Shown one piece after another: positions 39,439 to 54,287 of a stretch of DNA of 64,000 nucleotides. Source of the stretch: Octopus sinensis (Eukaryota); NCBI RefSeq assembly GCF_006345805.1, contig NC_042998.1:36208001-36272000 (forward strand), given 5' to 3'. The translations under genes were made by a program, and so were the position numbers. Each line of letters begins with the position of its first letter. Position 1 is the first letter of the stretch. The notes beneath the pieces are model-generated. The model was not told where the DNA came from and ran no database searches. It saw nothing but the letters and a program-made list of their open reading frames with translations.

Positions 39439-39510
39439 ATATATATATATATATATATATTAATGTGTGTGTGTGTATGTATTTGGTGAGAGAGCGAGAG
39501 GGACAGCGAC

Positions 39511-39549
<39 letters not shown>

Positions 39550-39715
39550 GAGACATAAAATTCGGTGATACACATCTCATTCACTTTCTCTCTATTTCAC
39601 TTTTTCTTTAGATACATAAATGGATATAATATTATATATATCTGTATCTATCCATGCATAAATGCACATTTCAAATTATTTATGAGCATATGCACACTCT
39701 CATACAAACAAACAC

Positions 39716-39747
<32 letters not shown>

Positions 39748-39777
39748 CACACACACACACATACCACACACACACAA

Positions 39778-39812
<35 letters not shown>

Positions 39813-40182
39813 TACACACACACTCATTACGTGTGCAATATAGATTTCTTTCAGTGTCATAATAAATATACGGAAGCTTGTAAAATAAATTGAAATCGTA
39901 CAAAAGAAGATACTAGCTGCAAATGAAATACAAGAAAATACAATGAAATGCAATAAAATCCAATTGAATGCGATCGCCCTGTTCTTTGCAGGCAACCATT
40001 TACATGTAAATACAATACGGAATTCATGTTCGCTCTCCACCCCATCATTGAGCAAGATAAGTATATGAGACAACTGCAGCTATAGGTATATACTCATGTA
40101 CGTACGTACTATGCACACACAACACAGTCATATATGCATAGAAGAAATTACACATATGTAGAGTTGTAAATGGTAATATATG

Positions 40183-40229
<47 letters not shown>

Positions 40230-40520
40230 ATATATAATATATATGTGTGTGTGTGTGTGTATACATATATACCTATATATACCTATATATATATATATAT
40301 ATACATATACATACATATACACACACATATATATGTTAATTCGTAAATAGAATATTATGCAAATGCGCATATGTGAATATATAATGTAACATAGTGAGTG
40401 ATAGAAACAAGATTACTAATATACACCAACATAATAACACGCGAGAGCTCATTAAAGTACTATTTAAATGTATGTATGTATGTATATACACACACAAGCG
40501 CACACATTCGTTCACCTACG

Positions 40521-40568
<48 letters not shown>

Positions 40569-40942
40569 ATGCCTAAACATATGTATATATTCGTATGTAT
40601 ATATGCATATAGACACCCTCTTTCTCTCTCTCTCTCTATCTATCTATATACACCCACATATTTGTTGTATAAATAGATACGAAATGTTACTTGTTTTGAC
40701 GCTTATAGAAAATATATACACATCGACAAAAACATGCATATACATCTATGTGTGTGTATGTATACACACATGTATACATACGTTAATATATATATATGTC
40801 TTTATATATATATATATATTATATATATATATATATATATTATATACATATATATATATATGTGTTGTTTTTATATAATATACACTATTATTTTATATAC
40901 ATATAGAAAATACATATATTATATATATAAGACATAATATGA

Positions 40943-41002
<60 letters not shown>

Positions 41003-41060
41003 TATATATATATGTGTGTGGTGTGTGTGTGGTGTGTATGTGTGTGTGTGTGTGTGGTAT

Positions 41061-41093
<33 letters not shown>

Positions 41094-41519
41094 CATACTA
41101 GCATATATTATTCCCGAGAATTTGATTAATATTTTTTTTAAATTCGTTCCAAAATTTCCATTTCAATTTAACCTCCGATGTCAAATCAGTCAAATGCTTT
41201 GACGCCGAAAAGAAAGGAAAATGAAAAAAAACCCAAAAAAACAAGAAAACAAAGAAACAAACAACAGCAGCAAAAACAAAGTCAAAAGAAAAACAAAAAA
41301 AACAAAGCAAAACAAAACAAAGAAAATCATAAAATAATCATACAAAATGGAGAACAACACTAAATCAGAAAATGAGATTGCTTATGCCTTTCTTTGTATT
41401 CAGTGATATCTTAATTATATACTTACACATACATACATACATACATACATACAAACTAACATATACATACATATATACATACATAATTACAATGACATGC
41501 ACACACTCACACATACACG

Positions 41520-41552
<33 letters not shown>

Positions 41553-41644
41553 TCATATACATATATATGTATGTGTGTGCATACACATACATACACATAT
41601 ACATATATACACATATATATACATATATATACATATATAGATAT

Positions 41645-41688
<44 letters not shown>

Positions 41689-41873
41689 TTATATATATAC
41701 ATATATATATGTGTGTGCATATATATATACACATATATATATATATATATGTATTTACGTGTATATTCCTATACGTGTGTATATGTCTGTCTTTCGATGT
41801 GTATGTTCGACATGCGTCAAAGAAAGTATTTATTTATGCAAACACGCACACACACACGCACACGTATATACAC

Positions 41874-41919
<46 letters not shown>

Positions 41920-41920
41920 T
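37820..41920. repeat. Microsatellite-dominated region: (TA)n, (TATG)n, (CA)n, (GA)n
   Basis: Directly visible; explains the YI/HT/CV-repeat ORFs. Confidence 0.9.
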
Positions 41921-42236
41921 ATATAATTTTTTGTTTACGTGTCTGTATTTTTTTGTTGTTTTACTTGACTAGGTTTCCGTATGCTTTTCTTCGAGTTACA
42001 CTGTAATTTAATTTGCATAGCAGCAATTATTAAAATCACAAAAGCTTATGTTTTCAATCTATGAACCTTCAGCATGATTTGTTGCTTCTGGCTGAGCCAA
42101 TAACTGAGACAATCTTTCATAACCACTGTACTGAACATTGTAGCTCAGAGAAACTACGTAGTTCTTATTAAAATGAAAGTCCATCTTATTTGGAGGGTAA
42201 ATACTCGCAATAATCAACAATATCTGTCGTAATGAA

Positions 42237-42830
42237 GGGCGGCGAGCTGGCAGAAACGTTAGCACGCCGGACGAATTGCTTAGTGGTTTTTCGTCTGTCT
42301 TTACGTTCTGAGTTCAAATTCCGCTGAGGTCGACTTTGCCTTTCATCCTTCCGGGGTGGATTAAATAAGTACCAATTTCGCACTGGGGTCGATATATTCG
42401 ACTTCATCCCTTTGTCTGTCCTTGTGTGTCTTCTCTGTGTTTAGCCCCTTGTGGGTAGTAAAGAAATAGGTATTTCGTCAGCCGTTACGTTCTGAGTTCA
42501 AATTCCGCCGAGGTCGACTTTGCCTTTCATCCTTTTGGAGTCGATAAATAAAGTTACAGTTTCGCACTGGGGCCGATGTAATCGACAAATCCCTTTGTCT
42601 GTCCTTGTTTGTCCCCTCTGTATTTAGCTCCTTGTGGGCAATAAATAAATAAGAATTATTAACTCGCCAGACAAAATGCTTAACTGCGTTTCGTCGGTCT
42701 TCACGTTTTGAGTTCAAATTCTATCGTTTCATGGTCGATAAAATAAGTTTCAGTTAGCCAGTGGAGTCGATGTGATCGACTTAACGACTCTCCCGAAATT
42801 ACTGGCCTTGTGTCAAAATTTAAAACCAAC
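42237..42830 (+). mobile_element. SINE family A tandem (three units)
   Basis: Cores at ~42237, ~42470 and ~42655; junction aaagaaatag|gtatttcgtc. Confidence 0.88.
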
Positions 42831-43327
42831 ATTTGTCCCTATGAACACAGTGTTACAACATGTAACGCTACACCGAGAGAGTTTTGGACTTCGAATCGCC
42901 AAAACGAAGAAAACACTCTGAATTATATTGTATCTGGTCCCTCCACACCTTTAAGTTGTTATATGACAGGTGAGTGTATCGACACGTTGCAGTTCTGTAT
43001 TGAAGTCTAAGTGCTGACAAAGTTTAGAGAACAAGAGAAATACGCCATTCTGTCTTATAATCATATCTCTACACCATCTCATCGGATGCTAAAAAATTAG
43101 CATCCGAAACTCACTCAAAACACACTCTAGCTTCTTAAAGAAAATTTTATCCTTGATATTCGTTAAGAAGTGGATGGTTACAGCTGAAACGTCATTGGTT
43201 ACGAGGGCCGATAAGAAAATCCGTATTTTGCTAGTCTTTTTTAATAAATGACCAACGTTCACATTTGAATCATGAATAGCTGCGACCACCGTATGCTATC
43301 CCTCTACGGCCAACATCTCTGTACATA

Positions 43328-43517
43328 CTTTTATTCTTTTAATTGTTTCAGTCATTTGACTGCGGCCATACTGGAGCACCGACTTTAGTCGAACAAATCG
43401 ACCCCAGGACTTATTCTTTGTAAGACTAGTACTTATCCTATCGGTCTATAAACACACCAACATCGGTTGCCAAGCGCTGGGGGGGGGGAAACACAGACAC
43501 ATAAACACATACATACA

Positions 43518-43558
<41 letters not shown>

Positions 43559-43670
43559 GACGGGCTTCTTTCAGTCTCCGTCAACCAGATCCACTCCCAA
43601 AGCTCTTTGGTCGGCCCGAGGCTATAGTGGAAGACACCCAAGGTGCTACACAATGGGACTGAACCAGGAC
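43328..43670 (-). mobile_element. SINE family C
   Basis: Reverse complement of 62448-62862 with internal (TA)n. Confidence 0.88.
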
Positions 43671-43829
43671 TGGTAAATTGAAATAGCTTTTTTGTTTATA
43701 ATAGTGGGTTATTGATATCGAAGCTTGCGAATTTTTTCATATCAAAGTAATGAAAAAAGTTCTTTTAATATTTCACGGTAGGCGACCAGAGTTGACGGGT
43801 GTTCGAATAAGAATATGTTCATGCGTATA

Positions 43830-43862
<33 letters not shown>

Positions 43863-43866
<4 letters not shown>

Positions 43867-44060
43867 GGAATTTACCGGAAAACAAATGACGAAGCCAGGT
43901 GTATAAACAACAAACAAGTGTATTAGTTTAACGCTCGGAAAGGTGAGAAAGTCTTTTACGTTTCGAGCCTATGTTCTTCAACAGAACGGAACAATGAAGA
44001 AATAAACAGAGGGAGAACAAAAAAAAAACTTTTGGAGCTAACGGTCAATCATGGCAGCTG
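43863..44060 (-). mobile_element. ~200-bp hammerhead-variant mini-element, family H2
   Basis: Reverse complement of 53908-54124; in (TA)n; motif at 43952-43987 reads uu-CUGUUGA-a-gaac[auag]gcuc-GAAA-cgu-A-aaa on minus. Confidence 0.78.
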
Positions 44061-44082
44061 TATATATATACATACATACTAC

Positions 44083-44124
<42 letters not shown>

Positions 44125-44140
44125 TATATGGCTGTATACC

Positions 44141-44178
<38 letters not shown>

Positions 44179-45266
44179 CGTATACACATATAGACGGTTC
44201 ACAATGATATAGACATGAATTTTGCTTCAGTATAAATGCTGTTTCTGCTAGGTTAGTTCTTTTATACCAATCCTCAATTAAGAAGACAGTGAACCGTTTT
44301 CTTCAGGTAAAATGAGCAGCGATACGAATATCATAGTAACGTATCCTTGATGATAAGAATTCTGTCCATCGGGAAGAGTCGTACCTAATTTCTAATTTCT
44401 TTTGACCATCAGTGACTTATGCTTTTTGAAATGTTAAGGAAAACTGAATCCCTCAGTGTCTTTTTATGACTGACATACATGAATTTTTCACCGATTCTCA
44501 CCTTCCCCGTTTATCCCATACATTCTACACACACACACACACACACACGCACGCACGCGTGCCCATATTCATATAAAACTTGATAAATCTGCAAAGAAAT
44601 TCTTACAGCCGAAGTTTTTGAATGGCGTTTATACCTAACCAAGGAATCACTATATGGTCCCTCAATCTTAAAGAAATCTACTAATCACATCCTAACATCT
44701 TCAGAATACGAAACATTTAATAATGTATTCCTTGATAAACTGTCTGAAAACGTAAAGAATCTAGGGTAGTCACTTTGATCTTAAATCCGCCCGATCAGAG
44801 CTTACCTGGGGCTATACAATATGAAATTTGTTTGGGAATTAAATTAGATTTTCTTATATTTTCCTTTTAGCTTCTCTAGATTTATGAACACCCCCCCCAA
44901 AAAAAAAGAAGCAAAACAAAGCAACGATTCTATTCTTGTTTCCCTAAAAAATATTAATCGTGGAATATTTGTACATGTCTCCAGGGGATTTTATTACTAA
45001 CGTAGGACTATAGTTTCTTTCAATATTATGATTTTCTATCGGATTAGGGTTTAACATTTCTCTAAATTAAGAAAAGCTTTGAAATGTTTTACCATATTTC
45101 ATTAAAAAGACAATTGTGAGAAACAAACAAACAAAAAAAAAAACAAAAAAAAAGGTAAAGAAAGGAAGACAACAACGAAAAATCCTTTTCAAATATTTAT
45201 TTCTGGGAAATTGACATATTTGAAAAATACTTCAGTGGTTTTGACAGAAAAATTAATGAAACGAAA

Positions 45267-45325
<59 letters not shown>

Positions 45326-45611
45326 AGAGAAAGAGAGAGAAAGAGAGGGAAAGAAAGAAAGAGTCGAAGTAAAAATAAGAACAAAAAATCAGATAAACCA
45401 TTTAGCCTAAAATAAAAGGTAAAGAAAAAAAAAAGAATTCAAAGAGGAAAGAAAAAATGAAAGCAGTTTGAGAAAAACTTTGAGACGAGGGTAGAGAAAG
45501 AAAAACAGTTTGCAGGAAAACTATAAGCGAATACGAGGAGGATGATATTACAGGTTCTAGGAAGTAAAACAAGGAAATAGCAAATAAAATATACGCTAAA
45601 ATTGTATGTAT

Positions 45612-46400
45612 ACGACGGGTAATCAGAAAATTTCCGAACTGCACTTGCGTGAGTGTACAACGGAAATGAATGCGTGCGCAGCTGGCACTCATTGGTGATC
45701 GGCCTTAATAAGTTTCATACAATCTACTGGTCTTCAATTATTGAATTTTAAGCGAAATTTTGTAATATAAGATAAGATCTAAGGCAGCGAGCTGGCAGAA
45801 ACGTTAGCACACCGGGCGAAATGCTTAGCAGTATTTCGTCTGTCTTTATGTTCTGAGTTCAAATTCCGCTGAGGTCGACTTTGCATTTCATCGTTTCAGA
45901 GGTCGATAAATTAAGTACCAGTTGCGTATTGGGGTCGATCTAACCGACTGGCACACCTCTCCAAATATTTCGGGCCTTTTGCCTAGAGTAGAAAGGAATA
46001 TAAGAATAGAGCTATAATTTTTACGGTGATTTTCAAATTCAAGAAATGTGCCCGTGTCTAATTTTGCACGAATCGTGTCAGATCTGCCATCGAGATTCTC
46101 GAAATGCTTATTGCGCTTTTGCTGACCTTTATTTAGGCACAATACAGGTTTTGTGTAGTGCGAGAGTTTCAGTGCCTGTGGAGTGCCAGTTGAAATTGAT
46201 GAGCCTTCAGATTGATTAATCATTAATAAAATACCGAACAATGGGAAAAAAGTTGGTGAACTCATCCATAAAAACCATTCCTGAGCAATCTAGCTCTTTC
46301 ATGTGGTCAGAGTAAGATATGGAATCGGCCAGAAGATTCTTTCCAAAAACGTGATGACCTGACATTGGCCCTCTACCGCTGTGACTTGAACCCGTTTCCC
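45612..46400 (+). mobile_element. Highly decayed mariner element (5' TIR and N-terminal transposase) interrupted by a family A SINE (45782-45997)
   Basis: TA|cgacgggtaatcagaaaatttccg TIR-like start; FCTNRVRSAIEILEML...PNNGKKVGELIHKN...VRYGIGQKILSKN resembles mariner HTH regions; SINE flanked by aatataagataagatct/aatataagaatagagct. Confidence 0.6.
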
Positions 46401-46550
46401 AAAATAATCTAATCTAATCAAGACCCTTTTTACATCAATAAGGCATCGGTACTTATTTGCATGAGGACGAATTAGGTGTACTGTCTAAACGGTGTGGGTC
46501 CGCAGACGATCTAATTCGGTACACACATACACGCACTCACGCCTACACTG

Positions 46551-46590
<40 letters not shown>

Positions 46591-47250
46591 ATATAACTTC
46601 TTCACCCGGTCATTGCTTGTAATATATGCATTTGTATTATGCATATTCAATAAGGTTTTGAGTAAATCTCAATAAACGAGAGTAGAAGGAAGAGTTGTCC
46701 CATTCAACAACAAAAAGGATTTCAGTTAAGCAACCGTTTCTACCTGGAAGAATAAAGCTACGAAGTCTAGAAGAATAAAGTCACAACTTTTATTCTTCCT
46801 GAATAAAAGTAACTACTTTTAGTTACAGTGAAATGACACGCGTTTGGATTGTTTAAAGTTCTGTTCCTTTAAAGTCGACAATGATCTACAATTAACCCAC
46901 GCAATATTGAGCCTACCTTTATTGTGCCATCATCTTGAGATGTGTTATGTTCTTGTCAGGAAATTTTCGTGTAGAAATACAAAGCTGACTTGCCGTTCCT
47001 TTCCTTCAGATTGTGTTTTTACATGCCACCATCTACGAACAACTTCGCCTTTCATAATGGGACATCCAGAACATTAAGGACAAGAGTAAATGCTAAAAAT
47101 TCCTTTACGCAACGCGCAAACAGTTCTACCTAACTCCCGCCCAGGACTGGTACGTTGTTCCTTTCTATTGTCGTAATGATGAAAGTTAAAGTGATCTTGA
47201 TAAGATTTGAACTCAGAATGGAAAGAGCCGGATGAAATATTAGTAAGTCT

Positions 47251-47482
47251 AGGCGGCGAGCTGGCAGAAACGTTAGCACGCCGGGCGAAATGCGTAGCCG
47301 TATTTCGTCTGTCGTTACGTTGTGAGTTCAAATTCCGCCGAGGTCGACTTTGCCTTTCATCCTTTCGGGGTCGATAAATAAAGTACCAGTTACGCACTGG
47401 GGTCGATGTAATTGACTTAATCCGTTTGTCTGTCCTTGTTTGTCTCCTCTGCGTCTAGCCCCTTGTGGGCAATAAAGAAATA
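47251..47482 (+). mobile_element. Young full-length SINE family A with 17-bp target site duplication
   Basis: gaaatattagtaagtct at 47234-47250 and 47483-47499; inserted in an older antisense family A copy. Confidence 0.95.
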
Positions 47483-48024
47483 GAAATATTAGTAAGTCTT
47501 TGTTTGGATCGCTAATGGATATGCCATTTACCGTCTCCTTAATTAGTAATTATCATACTGCTATCAACCCTGTATCATTAGGCAAATAGTTTCTAGTATC
47601 TGCTTCTTCATATTTTATTAATTAGATTTCACCTACTAACATTAGGAAGGATAGGTGAGCGAAGACTGGTGAATCATTAAATAACACTGAAGTCTGTCTT
47701 CCAGTTTTACCTCAAGCTTCGGAAAGGTTCTCGTGGGCCTAATTTCTGTGCGAGACGAAATATAATTGGATTTCAACCCGCATATTTATTTGTATTCAGT
47801 GCATTGCGTTAGTTAACTGGGTTTCTTCAAAATGCCAGATAGAAATCGAATTCTAAAAGACAATAGCTGTCTTGAATGTTAAGAATGGTTTATTTAAATG
47901 AGATACGTTACCAATTACAAATCAGATAAACTTTATTCTGCCCCCCCCCCACTTCCTTCTCACCAATCATCTGATAAAAATACACACACACACTTCCATG
48001 TGTACATAATCGCACGCACAGATA

Positions 48025-48069
<45 letters not shown>

Positions 48070-48589
48070 CATACACAAACATCCACATATAGATGTGCGT
48101 AATTTGAAATAGATATGTGAATCTATGGTGATTTGCTTGAAACATTCTCAAATCAATAAATAAATGAATAAAGAAATATAACTGAGCAACGAATTTACTG
48201 AAACAGCATTTATACTTTCGTTAGATTTTCAACGTAAAATGAAAGGCAAAAGAAACTCAGAGATCTGTTTGTATATAAAAGAAAACGAAACAAAACAAAA
48301 ACACTCCCCAAAACCAGAGCAAAACAAACTGTCCTTAAGGCATTTTGTTTCATTACAATTAATCCCTGTTTGCCGGGGTCAAAGTATTTTGTTTCCAGTA
48401 CTAATACAACTAAATCCTTACAGATATGACAATGAGTTTTTCAACGAGAAAAGATCTGGATGTGGAAAACCGAGTAACATTCTGTATTCGTGTAACTGTA
48501 GCTAAGAAAAAAAGAAGTGAATGGATATCCGTTAGTTTCGACGATGAGTATTCAGTTGTTCCGTCAACTGAATTACCTAGTCTTTGAGA

Positions 48590-48935
48590 ATTCCATAGGC
48601 ATATGGATTAGGAAGTATATTTTCTTGGTGGTCCTTGACAACCATATCTGGTTAATTATCCTTAATCTCCCTTTTAGTGTGCACTGGCATATCCCAGAAT
48701 ATGGTTCCTTTGTCATTTTCTGAAACCATTTTTTGTTTAAATATAGCTTTATCACCTTTTTCTTTGGGTTTTCTATAGTGCTGGCACAAATTCCAGTGTA
48801 TAATAAATCCAACTCTGTTATGTCTTTGGGTGTATTTCTTCATGGTCAAGACTGGGCAGCCACAGATCACGTGATTTATTGTTTCTTCTCCATCACCACA
48901 GGTTCTGCTGCCGTATGCTTTTTCATTATGTTTTG
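48590..48935 (-). mobile_element. R4/Dong-clade fragment (zinc knuckle plus restriction-like endonuclease start)
   Basis: ICGCPVLTMKKYTQRHNRVGFIIHWNLCQHY...IFWDMPVHTKREIKDN*PDMVV; paralogous to 9800-10150. Confidence 0.85.
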
Positions 48936-49202
48936 ATGGGGAGGATTTGGTTTTCTTCCATAATTAAGTCACTTCTCTCAGTCTGGCATTTCGCAGCTAG
49001 TCTTGGAATTTTTCTTTTTTATTTCAATTCTTTAACTTATTCCAGTATTTCTCATGTAAGGGCTTTTCTTGTCACCATTTTATCATGGCATTCTGTTGTT
49101 GTTGTTGTTCTTCTTCTTCTTCTTCCTCCTCCTCCTCCTCCTACTACTACTACTACTACTACTACTACTTATTATCATTAGTTGATGAAAACTCACAGCT
49201 TA

Positions 49203-49485
49203 TTATGCTTGGCCTGATGGAGAGTGTCTGCTGTCGACAGCCAGCTGACTAAGGTGACACTTGTTTACTGCCCATGCTTCTAGAACCCTGCGAAGAATTC
49301 TTGTAGTTCCAAGCAATGCTGATTTTTGTGGGTATTCTACCTTCATCCTTGCACCGATCTTTTTCAGCTGTATTAGTAGTTGAGTGCTGATACTTCCAAG
49401 TGCATCAATTATTACTGGTATCACGTCTATTCTTCTCATTGACCACAACCTTCGTATTTCCCACTTCGAGTTGTCGTAGTTGTTT
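49203..49485 (-). mobile_element. R4/Dong-clade extreme 3' fragment (different subfamily)
   Basis: YDNSKWEIRRLWSMRRIDVIPVIIDALGSI...QKSALLGTTRILRRVLE. Confidence 0.85.
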
Positions 49486-49799
49486 AGTTTTTCTTCTTCT
49501 TTCTTTTTGATCCTGTTGTTATTAATATTATTAATAATATCGTGCAGTAAAACCTTAGGTGTGAAAATCGGTTTAACATAATTTTTAAATTCCAAACTCG
49601 AAGTTTTCTTAATACAACAAATGGTACAATTTTAAACTCTCCTCGCGAATTAGGGTTAGAAATTCGTAAACTTCCAATATCAATTATTTGAATCAATTTT
49701 TTTTTTATGTTAGTATATTTGAAGAATAAAATTGCTTGAATATGATTCGAAGTCATACGTAGGTGAAAAGGGAGTAGCTCGGCGCTTGATATGCAATGC

Positions 49800-50526
49800 G
49801 AAGGAGAAAAATGCTAGAAGTCTGCTTTGCTGGAATTGTCTGAAACCAATGAAGACACATTCTTATCTCCGATCTGGTGGCAGCGGATGAAACGTGCATA
49901 GATGTTTATTATCCGGGAACAAAAACTGAGCCCATAGAACGGTATAATGCCTCTTCTCAACGCTCTAAGAACATCAACAGCCAGCGATTGGCGCAAAAAA
50001 GTCGTAGTGTCTGTTTTTTCCAGGTGACAACGGCGTCTTTCTCCTTTCTGTAACATGTCAGTGAACAGCGGTGCGTCGAAGAAAAAGATTGGAGTACTAT
50101 TAGGAGGAGGAGGAAGCTGACCAACAACCTGAAAATGACATTCACCATGACAATGTGCACCTTTGGTATAAATCAGGCAACAAGCAAACGGAGGTGGTCA
50201 ATGATCTATATTACGGCGCAAATCTGGCACCACTGGACTATCCAGCTGCTCATTGCTCAGACCAATGACGAAAAAAGATTTGAGGACATAAGAAAGGTGA
50301 AAATGGTTCTGAAGAAGTGAGTGCGGCAGTTTGGAGCAAAATCATTTCAAGAAGCATTCAGAAATTGAGCGAAATCTTGGCACAAATGCATCGCTTGTTA
50401 CGGAAACTAAAATTAGTTGTATATTATATAGAAGACTTACTGTATCAACATGTGCAGTTTCAACAACCTATATTAATTGACCCAAAAAGTGTGTCCATTT
50501 TGCATTACTTTCGGTAGAAACTTCGC
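49800..50526 (+). mobile_element. Decayed mariner transposase (catalytic region) and 3' TIR
   Basis: DLVAADETCIDVYYPGTK (first D), HHDNVH (second D), YGANLAPLDY (YSPDLAPSDY), KRFEDI, WHKCIACYG; ends gcattactttcggtagaaacttcg. Confidence 0.75.
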
Positions 50527-50536
50527 GATGGCGTGC

Positions 50537-50592
<56 letters not shown>

Positions 50593-50684
50593 GCATATGT
50601 ATATATGTATATCTATATATGTATGTATGTATGCACAAATATACGCTTATCTCTTTCCCTCTGTGTGTCTCTCTGTACATCATA

Positions 50685-50720
<36 letters not shown>

Positions 50721-50738
50721 CCCACACACACACACACA

Positions 50739-50804
<66 letters not shown>

Positions 50805-51743
50805 ACATGTATGTATTTATGTATTTATGTAAACACGTTACAACATCCATGGCAGAAATTTATATCGAATTATCTGGATAGTGTTATTTTAATTTCAATT
50901 ACTTGGTATCCTTCTTTCTCGCAAGCAATTTTCCTGATTATTGTTAAACTTGTGCTTCAAGTCAACTCAGTAAGGATTAAATACAGGTATATATATGTAT
51001 ATATATGTATATATATAAGTATATATATATATATATATATATATTGTGTGTGTGTGTGTGTGTGTGTGTGTATACATGCGCAATCATATATGTATATTTA
51101 CACGTATATACTCATGCACAAACACTCGAATATATATGTATACATATGAGTGTGTGTATGTGTGAGTGTGTTTGCGAATATACATACATATATATATAGA
51201 GAGAGACAGAGAGGGAGAGAGATTGAGGCGATGTATAGCTTCATACGCACAGATGCATACATTTCGATCTATACACATACAACCGCACGTGCGCGCACAC
51301 ATGAGAATACTTACGCACACAGACACACACTCTCTCTCACACACACACACATATGAAACAGAAAAAAAACCCACCATAAACTATTGTAATAGAACTCTTC
51401 AAATTGATAGTTTCGACACTCTTCTATCGATGACCGCAGGATTGTTTGTCTCGAAAAGCCTTTGCTAATGCAATTAGTATTTCAGACGAGTTCCACGGAA
51501 GTTTCGAAATTTTCTCTCACTTAAAACACACACATACACAGTTCCATATATCGAAAGGTATATGCCTCTATACATCCATGCACGTCTGCACAGATAAACA
51601 TTTACATATACGTATACACACACACACACACACATATCTATATCCAAGTATGCATCCATCTCTATCTATCTATTTATCTATCTATTTCTATCTCTCCATC
51701 ACTCTCTCTTTCTCTCTCTCTATCTATCTATCTACCTACCTAC

Positions 51744-51784
<41 letters not shown>

Positions 51785-51792
51785 CATCCATC

Positions 51793-51875
<83 letters not shown>

Positions 51876-52264
51876 CCCTCCTCTCTCTCTCTATGCTCGT
51901 CGAGTTGAAGAGATACTTAAGAAAACTAGACATGATCGTGTAGTTAGCTGTAAGTAAAAGAATTCTGCTTTTATACACCGTAGCTTAATATCTAATAAAC
52001 AGAAACCTTCAAATATAAAAGATACAAACAGACTGAATATGCTTTCTGCATTAATTTACAAAACTTTTCGAATCCGCATTAAAGGAGGAATGGAGTTGAA
52101 TATAAGTTCATAGAAACGAACTGTTTTTAGTAATCTCTAGATGTATATTCTCTGAAATTATAACGAAAGCACTTCTTTTTTCGAAGTGTTGTGTTGGACG
52201 AAAATCCCTTTAGTTTTTCAACGAACATAAGACACATGTTTCAAGGAGAAAGTGATTTATTCAA

Positions 52265-52670
52265 CCAGTGACATAATTACTGTTTCATTCCAGTATCTTA
52301 GGCCAACAATTTGGTAAATCCATTTTTCTCTGCTCAAAGAATTTCCTGTCTTTACTGGTGAAAAACTCTTCTAGGTGAATTTTTATATTTTCTTCAGCGT
52401 TGAAGGTCTGGCTACTCAGTGAATTCTGAAGGGAGCAAAACGGGCGGAAATCTGATGGTGCAAGGACGGGAGAATATGGAGTGAGAGGTAAAACCTCCTG
52501 GCCAAGCCCCAGCAAGTTTTATTGCCGTCTGCAAAGAAGTGCTCGGTCTGACATTGTCGAGATTAAAGACAACGCCCTTACGATTAGCAAGTGTCGGACG
52601 TTTCTGGTGGGTCATTGCGTTTACTTAGTCCAGCTGTCTCAATACACATCCGAATTGACGATCCTGTCTT
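52265..52670 (-). mobile_element. Mariner transposase C-terminal fragment (Hsmar1/cecropia-like)
   Basis: QKRPTLANRKGVVFNLDNVRP; EVLPLTPYSPVLAPSDFRPFCSLQNSL...LEEFFTSKDRKFFEQ..DLPNCW. Confidence 0.88.
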
Positions 52671-53727
52671 TAAAAGACAATCCTTTTAATCCTGTCAAGC
52701 TGGAAGTGTAGCATTCTTCGGAGGGTTTGGAGGTCGTTTTTTGGTGGTTCGCTGTACTTTCACCATGAAAATGGCACCAACACAACAATGGTAGTTCTTT
52801 ACACCTGTATGTTGCAGAACAACAAGTGATGTATCTTGATCAAAGATAATTCACTGCTTGAGTTATCAAGGATTGAACCTACAATTTCTGATCGTCAACC
52901 GAATGTCTTAACCACTAGGCTGCTTGCCCTCACCAGATGATGGTCAAGTAAACAATATAGTCTAATTAAACACTGACTATATGATTTATACACTTTCTTG
53001 AGATCCCCAAGAAAGAAAAATGCATGTTCTCTCCGATATATATATATAGATCAAGTTGGCTGTCGCTGAGTGACTTCGTTAGCCTTCAAAACACGCTAAG
53101 TAGGAGAGGCGACTTCGAGGAGAGTTAACAGTAAAAATAGGAAGTAATTATAATTCCTTGCTGTGTTTGATGTTCGGGATTGTGTTTGACGATTTCACTT
53201 TGAAGAAGGTGAGAGACTTGTTAAAGCGGTTTAATACGTGTACCTAATCTAAGAAGGCAGTGGCTGCAAATTTATCGACATGTAATTGATACAGCTCTCA
53301 AGCGTAGATGCTGGTAAGTAGTACGAAACAGGCCAATGTGTTTTCTATTATCATTTCGTTTCAAACGTGGATAGTATATTTACCGTTGCAGAATTATACT
53401 CGCATGCACGCCTCCACATATGGTTGTTATATGTGGCAGATAAACGAGGGTTAGAAAGCTTGGCAAATTGGTCAACCATACAACGCCTGCAAATGCACAT
53501 AAGCGTCTACATACTTAGTGATGTTAATAAAAAAAAAACATTAAAAAAATATTTACTTATGGCGAGAATCTATACAATTAGGGGAGTCCGACTTTTTAGA
53601 CCTGTTAGATATCAAGTTTAAGCTTTGGTGATTATTCAAGTAGCTAGACTCGGCGAATAAGCCACTAAAATGGGATTTTAACTACAACATGATATCTATC
53701 TATCTATCTATCTATCTACCTACCTAC

Positions 53728-53833
<106 letters not shown>

Positions 53834-53907
53834 ATCCGTCTGTCTGTCTGTCTATCGGTCTGTCTGTTTGCCTATCTATCTACATAATATATATATACAT
53901 ATATATA

Positions 53908-54124
53908 GGACGCCATGATAGATCGTTAGCGCCTACACGCATTTTTTTCTCTCCTTTATTCTCTCACCTTTTTTCTCTCCTTGTTTTTTTCTGTGTATCT
54001 TTCTGTCGAAGAGCATAGGCTCGAAACGTAAAATACATTTTCTATTCCTGAGCGCTATACTAATACATTTGTTTGTTTGTACTCCACCTGCCTTCGTCTT
54101 TTGTTTATTTTCGTAAACTTTCCC
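53908..54124 (+). mobile_element. ~215-bp hammerhead-variant mini-element, family H2
   Basis: Motif 53999-54033: ttt-CTGTCGA-a-gagc[atag]gctc-GAAA-cgt-A-aaa; flanked by (TA)n; homologous to 43863-44060. Confidence 0.8.
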
Positions 54125-54126
54125 TT

Positions 54127-54207
<81 letters not shown>

Positions 54208-54287
54208 CATATATACATATACATTTATATACATGTACATTTATACATTTATACATATATGATGCAATTATAATATATCATGATCTA

